From: a bacterium
GTDB taxonomy: Bacteria; Bdellovibrionota_C; UBA2361; CALJRW01
Assembly: GCA_031385045.1 (NCBI GenBank)
Contig: JANNBC010000006.1
Span: 32,001-96,000, forward strand
Length of the DNA stretch: 64,000 nucleotides
Direction: 5' to 3'
The notes under the pieces were generated by a model. The model was given only the letters and a program-made list of their open reading frames with translations, was not told the origin of the DNA and made no database searches. The position numbers and the translations under genes were made by a program. This document shows, piece after piece, positions 10,156 through 20,273 of the stretch (within the stretch, counting starts at the first letter, position 1; the number at the start of each line of letters is the position of its first letter).

Positions 10156-10674
10156 ATGAAAGCATTTTCATTGGTTGAGTTATTAGTTACAACAGCTATT
10201 CTTGGTGTTTTGGCAACTGTCAGCATTGCTAATTATAGCTCTTACAGGGAATCAGCTAATGACGCTGCAACAAGATCTGCTGTTATTAATTCGCGAATTG
10301 CGCTCACTGCGTTTGAAGCAGATAATGTTCGAATCTCCAGCTATTCTGTTATTGCAACATTTAGTGATATTACAGGTTCCTGTTCTGGGAATTCAAATAT
10401 TAATGGGCAAATAGTTGCAGTTAATGATACTAATATCGGTACTTTTATGCCTGGCTACAAACACACAGCTGGCGTCAGGATACGTGCGCAGACAATGTAT
10501 AACATGCCAACTGTTGTTAATTTTAGTTTGATCACAGGTTATAACTGCAAAGGATCTCGTTCCACTCTTACTCCTGCATTTAAGAAATTCTTTGGCAATG
10601 GCCAAGGGTCTCGGGGAGCATTTGAGGTTCCTGCCATTCAAAATAATTTCACGCTTGGTTTAAATTGTTTATAG
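10156..10674 (+). CDS. Type IV pilin-like protein (prepilin N-terminal cleavage/methylation motif)
   Basis: MKA|FSLVELLVTTAILGVLA class III signal with E5; ATG 10156 preferred over the ORF-track TTG at 10024. Confidence 0.8.
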   Translation: MKAFSLVELLVTTAILGVLATVSIANYSSYRESANDAATRSAVINSRIALTAFEADNVRISSYSVIATFSDITGSCSGNSNINGQIVAVNDTNIGTFMPGYKHTAGVRIRAQTMYNMPTVVNFSLITGYNCKGSRSTLTPAFKKFFGNGQGSRGAFEVPAIQNNFTLGLNCL

Positions 10675-10690
10675 CGGTATTTACTAAATT

Positions 10691-12364
10691 TTAAGCACTA
10701 ACTTCACGTTCAATCTTAGTAAACAAAATCTCCGGTTGATTTAAGATTCGACCATTTGGAATTTGGTCCGAAGCCAAACTCCAAGATATCCCCTTAGAAA
10801 TTTCTTCTTGATTGTATCCATACATGAGTAACATTTTGGCAGAGGTAAACGGTAAGAATGGCTGGAGCATAATAGCAATCATTTGAATGACATTTAAATA
10901 TTCTAAAAGAATAGTTTTTGCTTTTTCTTGATTTGTTTTTAAGACTGTCCAAGGAGCATCCTCTGTAATGCAAGCATTGCCAGCGCGAATAAAGTCAAAT
11001 AATTTCTCTTGAGCCGCTTTGAAATTAAAATTATTAATTTCAGTGGATAGCTCTTTGGAAATATTAGGATTCATTCTCGATAAGAGCTTATTAAGATCTA
11101 ATTCTTGTTCGCAACTAATTTCAGTTCCAAAGTTCTTGATGTAAATACTAAAGATTCGGTTCACTAAATTTCCAAGAGTATTGGCTAACTCCGAATTATG
11201 TTTTTGGATTAAGTCATCTTCGGCAAAGATTGTCCGTGCCTTTTCTGGTGCGATTGATGTTAAGTAAAATCTTAAACTATCTGGGTTATTACCGTCAGCT
11301 AAAAAGTCTTTAATCCAAACTGCGGTTCCTCGTGATTTAGAGATTTTTTCAGCTTCTTCCCCTGGTTTCTTGAAATTTAGGAATTGATTCACAATTACTC
11401 CTTTGGGTAATTGAAAGCTACCCTCGGCCGAAAGCATCGCAATCCAAATTATGCAATGGAAGATTGTATTATCCTCACCAATAAAGTGGAAAATTTCAGT
11501 ATCAGGTGATTTCCACCAATCAACATATTTTTCACCGTCGCTATCGATTGCTTTACAAGAATTAATAGTATTACTGATATAGCCAATTGGTGCATCGAAC
11601 CAAACATACAATACCTTACCTTCCGCATCTGGATCTTCGATCGGTAGAGAAATTCCCCAATCCAAGTCTCTAGTCATCGAACGCTCAACTAGTCCTGTAG
11701 AAATTAAACCATTCACAAAGTTTTTAGTTTGCTCACGAGTAATGGCAGTCTCTAGCCAGTTGCATACCTCTGTTTGAAATTTACTAAGGTCTAAGTACCA
11801 ATGAAAGGTATCTTTGACTTGAGCAGGGAAGTTATTAAGAACGGAATAGGGATCTTTTAGTGTGTCGACATCTAGTACTTTCCCACATTCCTCACATTGA
11901 TCACTATTTTGATTTTTGGCATTACAGTAACCACAAGATCCTTTAACATAACGATCGGGTAGAAACATCTTCGCTTCTGGATCAAAGAATTGCTTGGAGG
12001 ACTTCTTCTTAAAATAGTTTTCCTTGTAAAGCTTTAGGAAGAAATCTTGGGAAGTTTTTGTATGAACGGGGTTCTCCGCAGTGGAGCCGTAGATATCAAA
12101 ATTAATACCCATACCTGAAAAATCAGCTTTTTGAGCTTTATTAAATTTATTAGCAACTGCTTCTGGCTTTATTCCTTCCTTGTCAGCAGTTAGTTTAATT
12201 GGCACTCCATGATCATCAGATCCACAAATGAAGCGAACATTTCGTCCATTAAGTCTTTGAAAGCGAACATAAATATCAGCTGGTAAGTAGCATCCAGCAA
12301 TGTGACCAACGTGAAGATTTCCATTAGAGTATGGTAAGCCACATGTAATTAGAAGGTTTTTCAT
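10691..12364 (-). CDS. metG: Methionine--tRNA ligase (lacks C-terminal tRNA-binding appendix)
   Basis: LPYSNGNLHVGH, CGYC/CEEC Zn knuckle, YVWFDAP and KISKS motifs. Confidence 0.97.
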   Translation of the reverse strand: MKNLLITCGLPYSNGNLHVGHIAGCYLPADIYVRFQRLNGRNVRFICGSDDHGVPIKLTADKEGIKPEAVANKFNKAQKADFSGMGINFDIYGSTAENPVHTKTSQDFFLKLYKENYFKKKSSKQFFDPEAKMFLPDRYVKGSCGYCNAKNQNSDQCEECGKVLDVDTLKDPYSVLNNFPAQVKDTFHWYLDLSKFQTEVCNWLETAITREQTKNFVNGLISTGLVERSMTRDLDWGISLPIEDPDAEGKVLYVWFDAPIGYISNTINSCKAIDSDGEKYVDWWKSPDTEIFHFIGEDNTIFHCIIWIAMLSAEGSFQLPKGVIVNQFLNFKKPGEEAEKISKSRGTAVWIKDFLADGNNPDSLRFYLTSIAPEKARTIFAEDDLIQKHNSELANTLGNLVNRIFSIYIKNFGTEISCEQELDLNKLLSRMNPNISKELSTEINNFNFKAAQEKLFDFIRAGNACITEDAPWTVLKTNQEKAKTILLEYLNVIQMIAIMLQPFLPFTSAKMLLMYGYNQEEISKGISWSLASDQIPNGRILNQPEILFTKIEREVSA

Positions 12365-12592
12365 TGAGTATCAAAATCGATAAATTTTTTGCCCAAGTCT
12401 AAATCATTAAGCCTATTTCATCAATTATCAAAGGTGTAGTTTCTTCCAATCACGGACTACTTAGTAAATAAAGTAAGGTGTTGAATTTTATTGGCATTTA
12501 GGCTTAAATCAGACGGCTTAGGATACTTTGTGGTATTCCTTCAAAGCCATCCAAGTGGGGTGGCTCATAATGTCTTTTGTCTTTACTAAAAT

Positions 12593-14104
12593 ATGCGTCA
12601 AAGAAACGAACAAGAACAACAACGTTTTGATAAATTAACTGCTATTCGACAAGTTCGAAATGCCTACCCAAATGATGTTAAAGTTACTGCTAAATCTACT
12701 ACTATTTTAGCTTTGGAAGATGTGGGTACTCCTGAAACTGCTCCACGCTTTACAATTGCGGGGCGAATTACTCAGCGTCGGATGATGGGAAAAGCGTGTT
12801 TCTTACACTTAATTGATATTGAAGGAAAACTTCAAGTTTACGTACGAAGTGATGATGTTGGCCTAGAGTCCTATGAGGAGTTTAAGGATGTAGACCTTGG
12901 AGATATTATTGAAGTTTCAGGTTATCCATTTGTAACTAAGACAGGAGAGAAGACGCTTTACGCCGAGTCTTGGAGATTATTAACTAAATCATTAATTCCT
13001 CTTCCCGAAAAATGGCATGGACTTAGTGATGTTGATACTCGCTATCGCTATCGTTATGTTGATTTAATTTCTAATCCTGAAGTTCGTGAAGTATTTAAAA
13101 AGCGTTCCGCCATTGTTCGCTATATTCGTAACTTCCTAGATGAACGCGATTACCTAGAAGTGGAAACTCCAATCTTAAGTGATGTCGCTAGTGGTGCAAT
13201 CGCTCGTCCATTTAAAAGTTTTTACAACGCTTTGGATACGGAAGTACACTTGCGAATTGCTCTAGAGTTACCACTTAAGAAATTAGTAGTTGGCGGACTG
13301 GAGAGAGTTTATGAGATTGGAAAGAACTTTAGAAATGAAGGACTTTCTAGGAAACATAATCCCGAGTTTACAATGTTAGAGTTCTATCAAGCTTATGCTA
13401 CATACAACGACTTAATGGATCTAACTGAAGAGTTATTAGTTGGTCTTACAAAGAAAGTTTGTGGAGATAGCACGATTACAGTTGGTGATAAAACTGTTAA
13501 TTTCGAAGGGCCATACTTACGTGTGACGATGAAAGATTCCATTCAGCAATTAGGTGGAGTTTCAAAGGAGTTTAATCTTGACTCGCTAGATGATGTTAAG
13601 AAGGTTGCTGAACAACATAAAATTCACTTATCAAATCCAAACGACTGGGGAGTTTCTATCGAAAATTTATTTGATGAATTAGTAGAAGATAAGATTGTTA
13701 ATCCAACATTTATCACGCAACATCCTTTTGCAATCTCACCATTTGCTCGTCAAAACGATCATGATCCTCGTGTAACCGACCGTTTTGAACTTTTTGTTGC
13801 TGGAATGGAAATTGCTAATGCTTTCTCGGAATTAAATGATCCCGAAGATCAACTAGCGCGACTTCTAAAACAAGCGGCTGATAAAGATGCTGGAAATCAT
13901 GAAGTGGCCGACATGGATGATGATTATATCAAAGCTCTAGAGTACGGATTGCCTCCAACTGCTGGGCAAGGAATTGGGATAGATCGTTTAACAATGTTAT
14001 TAACTAATTCTTCAACTATTCGTGAAGTAATCTTATTCCCACAATTAAAACCACTAGCTAATGGGGAAGAAGAAAGCATGGAAGCAACTAGCGAGGAGCT
14101 TTAG
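12593..14104 (+). CDS. lysS: Lysine--tRNA ligase (class II)
   Basis: PLPEKWHGL, FRNEG, HNPEFTMLEFY and GIGIDRL motifs. Confidence 0.98.
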   Translation: MRQRNEQEQQRFDKLTAIRQVRNAYPNDVKVTAKSTTILALEDVGTPETAPRFTIAGRITQRRMMGKACFLHLIDIEGKLQVYVRSDDVGLESYEEFKDVDLGDIIEVSGYPFVTKTGEKTLYAESWRLLTKSLIPLPEKWHGLSDVDTRYRYRYVDLISNPEVREVFKKRSAIVRYIRNFLDERDYLEVETPILSDVASGAIARPFKSFYNALDTEVHLRIALELPLKKLVVGGLERVYEIGKNFRNEGLSRKHNPEFTMLEFYQAYATYNDLMDLTEELLVGLTKKVCGDSTITVGDKTVNFEGPYLRVTMKDSIQQLGGVSKEFNLDSLDDVKKVAEQHKIHLSNPNDWGVSIENLFDELVEDKIVNPTFITQHPFAISPFARQNDHDPRVTDRFELFVAGMEIANAFSELNDPEDQLARLLKQAADKDAGNHEVADMDDDYIKALEYGLPPTAGQGIGIDRLTMLLTNSSTIREVILFPQLKPLANGEEESMEATSEEL

Positions 14105-14138
14105 TGTTTTTAGCTAAGTATTTTAGAAATTTATTGTA

Positions 14139-15392
14139 ATGAAATTTGTTAAGAAGATTGCAAATCGCTACCTCTGGTCTAGAAAGGGCGAGAACTTTAT
14201 TAATGCTGTTAGCGTTTTTGCTATTCTTGGTGTTGCTTTGGGGGTCGCCGTTCTAAATATTACCATGGCAATCATGACCGGCTTTGAACAGGAACTTCAT
14301 AAAAAGTTAGTTGGTAGTTCGCACATCTTTGTTGGCAATGTCTCTGGGCCAATTACAGATTGGCAAGGGATAGAAGGTAGCTTTCGCTCAATAGATGAGG
14401 TTGAAAATATTGTTCCCTACATTCAGGGACAAGTCATGATTACAGCAGGGCAAAATTCTTTTGGAATGATCTTAAAAGGCTTAGCTGATAATTCTGAAGT
14501 CTTAAAAGATTTTAAGTTAAGTGAAGCAGAGAGCTTTTCAAAACTTTGGAATCAGAATAAAGCGGCAAGTGAATCCACAAGTGAACCCCAGTTACCTAGT
14601 TTACTTTTAGGGGAAGGACTCAAAAAGCGTCTACCAATTTATCAACACCAAGTTATTTCATTACTTTCTCCAAAAGTAATTTCCGGACCTTTTGGTTTAG
14701 CACCGAGACAAAGTAGTTTTAATATCCTAGATTTTTATAGCACTGGGCAGTCAGGCTACGAAGAAAATTTTGCTTATACTAATATCACTACTGCACAGCG
14801 CTTTTTAAGAATGGGTGATGCGGTAAGTGGCTTAGAGATTAGCCTAAAAGATCCTAATCAGGCCCCTCGGATTAAGAATGTAATGATTGAGCTACTTCGG
14901 GAGCAGGGTAATCTAAATTACTATGTTCAAGACTGGACTGAAATTAATGCTGGGTTGTGGGAAGCAATTAGTTTAGAAAAAAGAGCCTATTTTATTATCT
15001 TAATGCTCTTGATTGTTTTAGCAAGCTTCTCGATTGTGACCACACTGATTATGATTGTTCTAGAAAAGCGTAAGGATATTGCTGTAATGCGAACCCTGGG
15101 AGCCAAGGCCAGTACAATTCGTCATATTTTTATTTATATTGGTGGAATGATTGGCTTGTTAGGGACTATTTTAGGATTAGTCCTTGGATTAATCGGAAGT
15201 TTCTTACTACAAGAGTTTGGTTTTCAATTACCTGAGAATGTTTTTCCAACAAATACTTTACCAATTGTAATTGATTTTCAAAACTTTTTAATCGTTGCAG
15301 TGATTGCTTGGTTAATTTGTTTACTAGCAACACTTTATCCAGCTAGACGTGCTAGCCTACTTAGTCCTTGTGATATTTTACGTTATGAATAA
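14139..15392 (+). CDS. lolC: Lipoprotein-releasing ABC transporter permease LolC/E
   Basis: AIMTGF, EKRKDIAVMRTLGA and YPARRAS...LRYE motifs; upstream of lolD. Confidence 0.88.
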   Translation: MKFVKKIANRYLWSRKGENFINAVSVFAILGVALGVAVLNITMAIMTGFEQELHKKLVGSSHIFVGNVSGPITDWQGIEGSFRSIDEVENIVPYIQGQVMITAGQNSFGMILKGLADNSEVLKDFKLSEAESFSKLWNQNKAASESTSEPQLPSLLLGEGLKKRLPIYQHQVISLLSPKVISGPFGLAPRQSSFNILDFYSTGQSGYEENFAYTNITTAQRFLRMGDAVSGLEISLKDPNQAPRIKNVMIELLREQGNLNYYVQDWTEINAGLWEAISLEKRAYFIILMLLIVLASFSIVTTLIMIVLEKRKDIAVMRTLGAKASTIRHIFIYIGGMIGLLGTILGLVLGLIGSFLLQEFGFQLPENVFPTNTLPIVIDFQNFLIVAVIAWLICLLATLYPARRASLLSPCDILRYE

Positions 15393-16069
15393 TGAAAATT
15401 AGATTTGAAAATTTAAACAAGGTTTTCCGTGACGGCCCAAAGGAGCTCTCGGTAATCAATCAATTGAACTTAGAGTTCAATGAGCCAGAGACAATTGCGA
15501 TTGTTGGTAAGTCAGGGATTGGTAAATCAACCTTATTACATTTGCTTGCTGGAATTGAGCGTCCTTCTGCCGGCAATATTTTTGTAGATGATTTAAATCT
15601 AGCTGTCTTGAATGAAAACCAATTAGCAGACTACCGACTAGAGCAGATTGGACTTGTTTTTCAGTTCCATCATCTACTCGGTGAGTTTACAGCACTAGAA
15701 AATGTTTCCTTACCACTTTTAATCAAAGGTTTTTCGGAAAAGGAATCTGAACAGCAAGCCTTAGAGTACTTAGATTTAGTTGGACTAAAAGATCGGGTGG
15801 GGCATCGTCCTGGTGAGCTTTCTGGTGGTGAGCAACAGCGAGTAGCTATTGCCCGAGCACTTGTTCACAAACCAAGAATATTACTAGCCGATGAGCCAAC
15901 TGGAAGTTTGGATTTTGAAACTAGTGAGCAAATTGGTGAGTTGATCTTAAAGATTAGTAAGGAACAAAAGATTTGTTTAATTACTGTAACGCATAGTCTA
16001 GAATTTGCTAAGAAATTTAAAACTGTCTATCAGATGGAAGCAGGGGGTCGGTTGAGTTATGAAAATTAA
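15392..16069 (+). CDS. lolD: Lipoprotein-releasing ABC transporter ATP-binding protein
   Basis: GKSGIGKS, VFQFHHLL, LSGGEQQR, DEPTG and VTH motifs. Confidence 0.9.
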   Translation: MKIRFENLNKVFRDGPKELSVINQLNLEFNEPETIAIVGKSGIGKSTLLHLLAGIERPSAGNIFVDDLNLAVLNENQLADYRLEQIGLVFQFHHLLGEFTALENVSLPLLIKGFSEKESEQQALEYLDLVGLKDRVGHRPGELSGGEQQRVAIARALVHKPRILLADEPTGSLDFETSEQIGELILKISKEQKICLITVTHSLEFAKKFKTVYQMEAGGRLSYEN

Positions 16070-18332
16070 TAAAATTTATTTTTTTATCTGTCTGTTGTTT
16101 TGTCCATTTTCAATTCTGGCGGAAACATATTCTGTTTCTCAGATTAAGATTGACGGATTACAAAACGTTTCCAAGAAAAAAGCTGAACAGGCTGTGGCTT
16201 TGAAACCTGGGCAGATTACCAGCGAAGAAGTTAATGCCTCACTTAAAAAACTTTATGCAGTTGGTGGAATCGATCAGGTCGTTGTTGATTATACTGGCTC
16301 GACTTTGACTTTTAAAGTTAGTGAATATCCAAGGATTAACAAAGTTTTTATTACTGGTAACAAGGCTACTGACAGTTCTGATATTTCTAAAGTGATTAAT
16401 TTAAAAGATCAGAAAAATTATGATCCCTTATTAACTAAAAGACTCAGTGAAGCGACTGAACTTTATTATCAAACACTTGGTTACTTAGATGCCCATGTTG
16501 ATGTTGAGGCTGAGCAAATTTCTGGTGGTAAGTATGATCTAACTTTTAAGATAAATGAAGGTAAGAAATTTAAAGTTAGTTCCATTGAAATTGTGACTTT
16601 AACAGATCAAGTTAAAACTCAGCCAATCTTGGATAAACTACAAAGTACTAAGTATAAGTGGTGGAGTTCTTGGATAACCGGCAAAGGCCGTCTAAATAAA
16701 GCTTATTTAGAAACCGATCGAACTGTCGTGCTACAAGGGATGCTGGATCAGGGTTATATTAATGCTCAGGTAAATGATGCGGAAGTTCGTCGTGAAGGTG
16801 ATCGATTGAAGGTGCTTTATCGGGTCAACGAGGGAGATCAGTTTCGCTTAGGAACTTACACTGTAAAAGGTGACCTTTTAGACAATTCTGTAGAAAAAAC
16901 TACAGAGGCACTTAACTTAGAAACTGGTGAGATTTTTAACACTTCAAAAATTCGGAACGAGTCCTTAGCTCTCAGTGATAAATTTGGAGACTTTGGTTAT
17001 GCCTTTGCTAACGTAACTCCCGAGAGTAATGTGAATATTGCTGATAAGACTGTAGATCTAGTTTTTAATACTAGCAAAGGTCGTCCAGTAAAAGTTAATG
17101 AAATTAAAATTACAGGAAATAACAAGACATATGACAATGTTATTCGCCGTGAAATTAGAGTACAAGAACAGCAGATTTTCAATAAAACAAAAGTAAATCG
17201 AAGTGAAGCATTACTGAAGCGAACAGGCTATTTTGAGGAAGTGACAATTACTCCGGAGAATATTCCTAATAAAGATGCTGAAATTGATTTAAATGTTAAT
17301 GTGAAAGAAGGATCTACGGGTTCATTTAGTATCGGTGGAGGTTTCTCGAGTTCTGATGGTGCATTATTTAATACTAGACTAACAGAAAATAACTTCCTAG
17401 GAACAGGTCGACGTTTTGTTGCCAATGCTGATATTGGACAGCGTAGTGAAAATCTTTATGTCTCACTAGATGATCCTAGAATTGCTGATACATTCTGGAA
17501 AGGCGGAGTTCAAGCTTTTAAACGGGAATTAGATTTTCGTGATTTTAATCGTAATACTGCTGGTGGTGCAGTTTCTGTTGGGTATCCACTGGAAGAGATT
17601 TTTTCTACATGGGCTCAAGATATTAACTTTTCGACCCAGTACCAATATATCAATATTGAAATTGATCATGTAGATCCAACCAATGCGGCACCATTAGTTA
17701 TTAACTCTGTTGGTAAAAGTACGGCATCAAGTATTACTCCTAAGTTAGTTCGTAATACAATTGATAACCCATTTAATCCAACTACTGGATCTCGCCAAAC
17801 GCTCTCAGTTGAGACTGCTGGTTTTGGTGGAACGGAAGAGTTCTACTTGGCAGAAGTGGCGAATGAGTATTTTGTTCCTTTATTTGATACTGAGTTTGAT
17901 AAGATAGTTTTCTCTTGGAGATTTAATCTTGGTTATGGAGATACGTTTAATGATAAACCTTTTCCACTATTTAAAAGATATTTTCCTGGAGGCATCAACT
18001 CTGTACGTGGTTTTAGAGAAAGAACCTTGGGACCAGAAGATGCTAATGGTAATGAGTATGGTGGTAATAAGCAGTTAGTTAATAACTTAGAGATGATCTT
18101 TCCATTAGTTAGTTCTGCAAATCTTCGTGGTCTAGTTTTCTTTGATGCGGGTGATAGTTTTGATGATAATCAAAATATTAGTGTTGCAGATCTTCGCCAG
18201 TCAGTAGGAGTTGGCTTTCGTTGGATTTCACCACTTGGGCCATTAAACATTGCCTTAGGACACCCACTTGATCGCCAAGGTGACGAAGGAAGCTTAGTTA
18301 CATTGTTTTCATTTGGTGGTGTAATTAATTAA
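16059..18332 (+). CDS. bamA: Outer membrane protein assembly factor BamA
   Basis: POTRA repeats (ITGNNKTYDNVIRRE), GGINSVRGF and RWISPLGPL motifs. Confidence 0.95.
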   Translation: MKINKIYFFICLLFCPFSILAETYSVSQIKIDGLQNVSKKKAEQAVALKPGQITSEEVNASLKKLYAVGGIDQVVVDYTGSTLTFKVSEYPRINKVFITGNKATDSSDISKVINLKDQKNYDPLLTKRLSEATELYYQTLGYLDAHVDVEAEQISGGKYDLTFKINEGKKFKVSSIEIVTLTDQVKTQPILDKLQSTKYKWWSSWITGKGRLNKAYLETDRTVVLQGMLDQGYINAQVNDAEVRREGDRLKVLYRVNEGDQFRLGTYTVKGDLLDNSVEKTTEALNLETGEIFNTSKIRNESLALSDKFGDFGYAFANVTPESNVNIADKTVDLVFNTSKGRPVKVNEIKITGNNKTYDNVIRREIRVQEQQIFNKTKVNRSEALLKRTGYFEEVTITPENIPNKDAEIDLNVNVKEGSTGSFSIGGGFSSSDGALFNTRLTENNFLGTGRRFVANADIGQRSENLYVSLDDPRIADTFWKGGVQAFKRELDFRDFNRNTAGGAVSVGYPLEEIFSTWAQDINFSTQYQYINIEIDHVDPTNAAPLVINSVGKSTASSITPKLVRNTIDNPFNPTTGSRQTLSVETAGFGGTEEFYLAEVANEYFVPLFDTEFDKIVFSWRFNLGYGDTFNDKPFPLFKRYFPGGINSVRGFRERTLGPEDANGNEYGGNKQLVNNLEMIFPLVSSANLRGLVFFDAGDSFDDNQNISVADLRQSVGVGFRWISPLGPLNIALGHPLDRQGDEGSLVTLFSFGGVIN

Positions 18333-18360
18333 GAGATCCCTTGTTTTCTTTAAATCCTAC

Positions 18361-18389
18361 CTGAGGACTGCACTGGATGCGGTCCTCAG
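18361..18389 (+). other. GC-rich 12-bp stem-loop after bamA (terminator or mRNA stabiliser)
   Basis: CTGAGGACTGCA-ctgga-TGCGGTCCTCAG with one G-U pair; no U-tract follows. Confidence 0.5.
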
Positions 18390-18420
18390 CTAATCTGCGA
18401 CTTACACTCCTCCGCCTTGC

Positions 18421-18449
18421 TTGATAATCCTGTTAAAAATAGCTATAAA
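18421..18449 (+). promoter_or_regulatory. Putative sigma70 promoter for skp-fabZ-lpxA-lpxI
   Basis: TTGATA-N17-TATAAA, 31 nt upstream of the skp ATG. Confidence 0.45.
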
Positions 18450-18480
18450 TCAACGATAATTTCTTATTCTAAAGGTACCA

Positions 18481-18987
18481 ATGATTAAATTTATAATGTT
18501 AGTTTTAACATTAATTCTTACAAATATTGCCATTGCTGACATCTATGTAGTGGATGTTGAGCGTGTGATTTCAGAATCTGATGCTGGAAAGTCTGCAAAA
18601 AAGGCCTTAGAGGGTAAATTCTCTGCTACCAAAAAGAGTCTGGAAGCACAGCGCGATAAGTTACAAGCACTGCAAGGTGAGATTAAGCAACAGTCTGCTG
18701 TTCTATCACAAGAAGCCATGCAAAAAAAGATTGTTAGCTACCGGGATGAGGAACAGTCTGCTGCCAAAGCTTTTCAAGACTATCAACAAGCTTATACTAA
18801 GGATAATAACGACAAAGTTTCTAAGATTGTTGCCGAAGTTCGTAAGATTTTGGAAGTCTTAGCTAAGGAGAAGAAAGCTCCAATGATTTTGGAGAAAACA
18901 CCACAGGTAGTTCTCTACGTCTCTGATGATTTAGATTTAACAAGCGAAGTGCTAACTCGTCTTAACAAATCAAGCATTAAATTTTAG
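18481..18987 (+). CDS. skp: Periplasmic chaperone Skp/OmpH
   Basis: Signal peptide, YVVDVERV, coiled coil and DLTSEVL end; follows bamA. Confidence 0.88.
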   Translation: MIKFIMLVLTLILTNIAIADIYVVDVERVISESDAGKSAKKALEGKFSATKKSLEAQRDKLQALQGEIKQQSAVLSQEAMQKKIVSYRDEEQSAAKAFQDYQQAYTKDNNDKVSKIVAEVRKILEVLAKEKKAPMILEKTPQVVLYVSDDLDLTSEVLTRLNKSSIKF

Positions 18988-19004
18988 TAATCTTAGATTT
19001 AACA

Positions 19005-19445
19005 ATGGAAACAATTTTTAATATTAATGATATTCAAGAAGCCTTACTGCATCGCTATCCATTTCTTTTAATTGATAAAGTGGTAGATTTTGTTGATAAT
19101 GAAAGCTTGGTGGCAATTAAAAACGTCACAATTAATGAAGAGTTCTTTAATGGACATTTCCCAGGTCGTCCGGTAATGCCAGGAGTTTTAATCCTAGAAG
19201 CTATGGCTCAATCTGCTGCTTTTTGTGCGGTTAAGTCGTCTCAAGGAATTGCCAAGGGCAAGGCTGTATTATTAGCTGGTGCTGATAATGTGAAATGGAA
19301 ACGAATGGTTCTTCCTGGCGATCAGTTAGAGATTCGGGTTAAATTTGTTAAATCAAGAAAGCCATTTTGGTATTTTGACGGCGAAGCTTATGTTGATGGT
19401 AAGTTAGTTGCTAAAGCAAGTCTACTTGCTGCCGAGACTGATTAA
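19005..19445 (+). CDS. fabZ: 3-hydroxyacyl-ACP dehydratase
   Basis: HRYPFLLID and [22 protein letters not shown] motifs. Confidence 0.96.
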   Translation: METIFNINDIQEALLHRYPFLLIDKVVDFVDNESLVAIKNVTINEEFFNGHFPGRPVMPGVLILEAMAQSAAFCAVKSSQGIAKGKAVLLAGADNVKWKRMVLPGDQLEIRVKFVKSRKPFWYFDGEAYVDGKLVAKASLLAAETD

Positions 19446-19466
19446 TGATTCTTTTTTGTAAGCTGT

Positions 19467-20267
19467 ATGTCAAATAATAATATTCATCCAACCGCCATTA
19501 TTGCTGATGGCGCCGAGATTGCCGAAGGCACAACTATTGGTGCTTATACTGTTATTGGCTCGCAGGTAAAAATTGGTAAGAATAACAAAATTGGTTCACA
19601 CGTTGTAATCGAAGGTCGCACAACAATTGCTGATCAGAATAATATCTTTCAGTTTGCTTCGATTGGAGCAATCCCGCAGGATCTAAAGTTTCATGGTGAA
19701 GAAAGTTCCTTAATCATTGGAAGTCATAATCTAATTCGTGAGTTTACAACTTTACAACCAGGAACCGAAGGCGGTGGAATGATTACTAAGGTTGGTGATT
19801 ACAATCTGTTTATGACAGGTGCTCATGTGGCTCATGACGTTAAGATGGGCAATCATAATATTATGGTTAATAATGCTGGTCTTGCAGGTCATATTACTAT
19901 TGGTGATCATGTCATTATGGGTGGACAATCTGGTTATCATCAATATATCCGTTTAGGTGATTATTCGATCATTGGTGGTGGAGCTATGGTGACCAAGGAT
20001 GTACCTCCATACTGTGTCGCACAGGGTGATCGTGCTGGTTTAGCTGGTATTAATAAGGTTGGCTTAGAACGTGCTGGTTTTTCAGCTGAGGAGCAGCGCT
20101 TAATTCAAAATCTCTATCGGGATATCTTTTTAGCCGAAGGTACTTTTGCTAATAAATTAGCTGCCTTAATTGAAAAAAATAAAGGCAATCTGATTGCTGA
20201 AAAATTCTTATTATTCCTGAAAGATAGTGAACGAGGTATAGTTCTACCTAGGAAATCTTCTAACTAA
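19467..20267 (+). CDS. lpxA: UDP-N-acetylglucosamine O-acyltransferase
   Basis: Hexapeptide repeats, PQDLKF, HVAHD and KDVPPY motifs. Confidence 0.96.
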   Translation: MSNNNIHPTAIIADGAEIAEGTTIGAYTVIGSQVKIGKNNKIGSHVVIEGRTTIADQNNIFQFASIGAIPQDLKFHGEESSLIIGSHNLIREFTTLQPGTEGGGMITKVGDYNLFMTGAHVAHDVKMGNHNIMVNNAGLAGHITIGDHVIMGGQSGYHQYIRLGDYSIIGGGAMVTKDVPPYCVAQGDRAGLAGINKVGLERAGFSAEEQRLIQNLYRDIFLAEGTFANKLAALIEKNKGNLIAEKFLLFLKDSERGIVLPRKSSN

Positions 20268-20273
20268 AATCTT

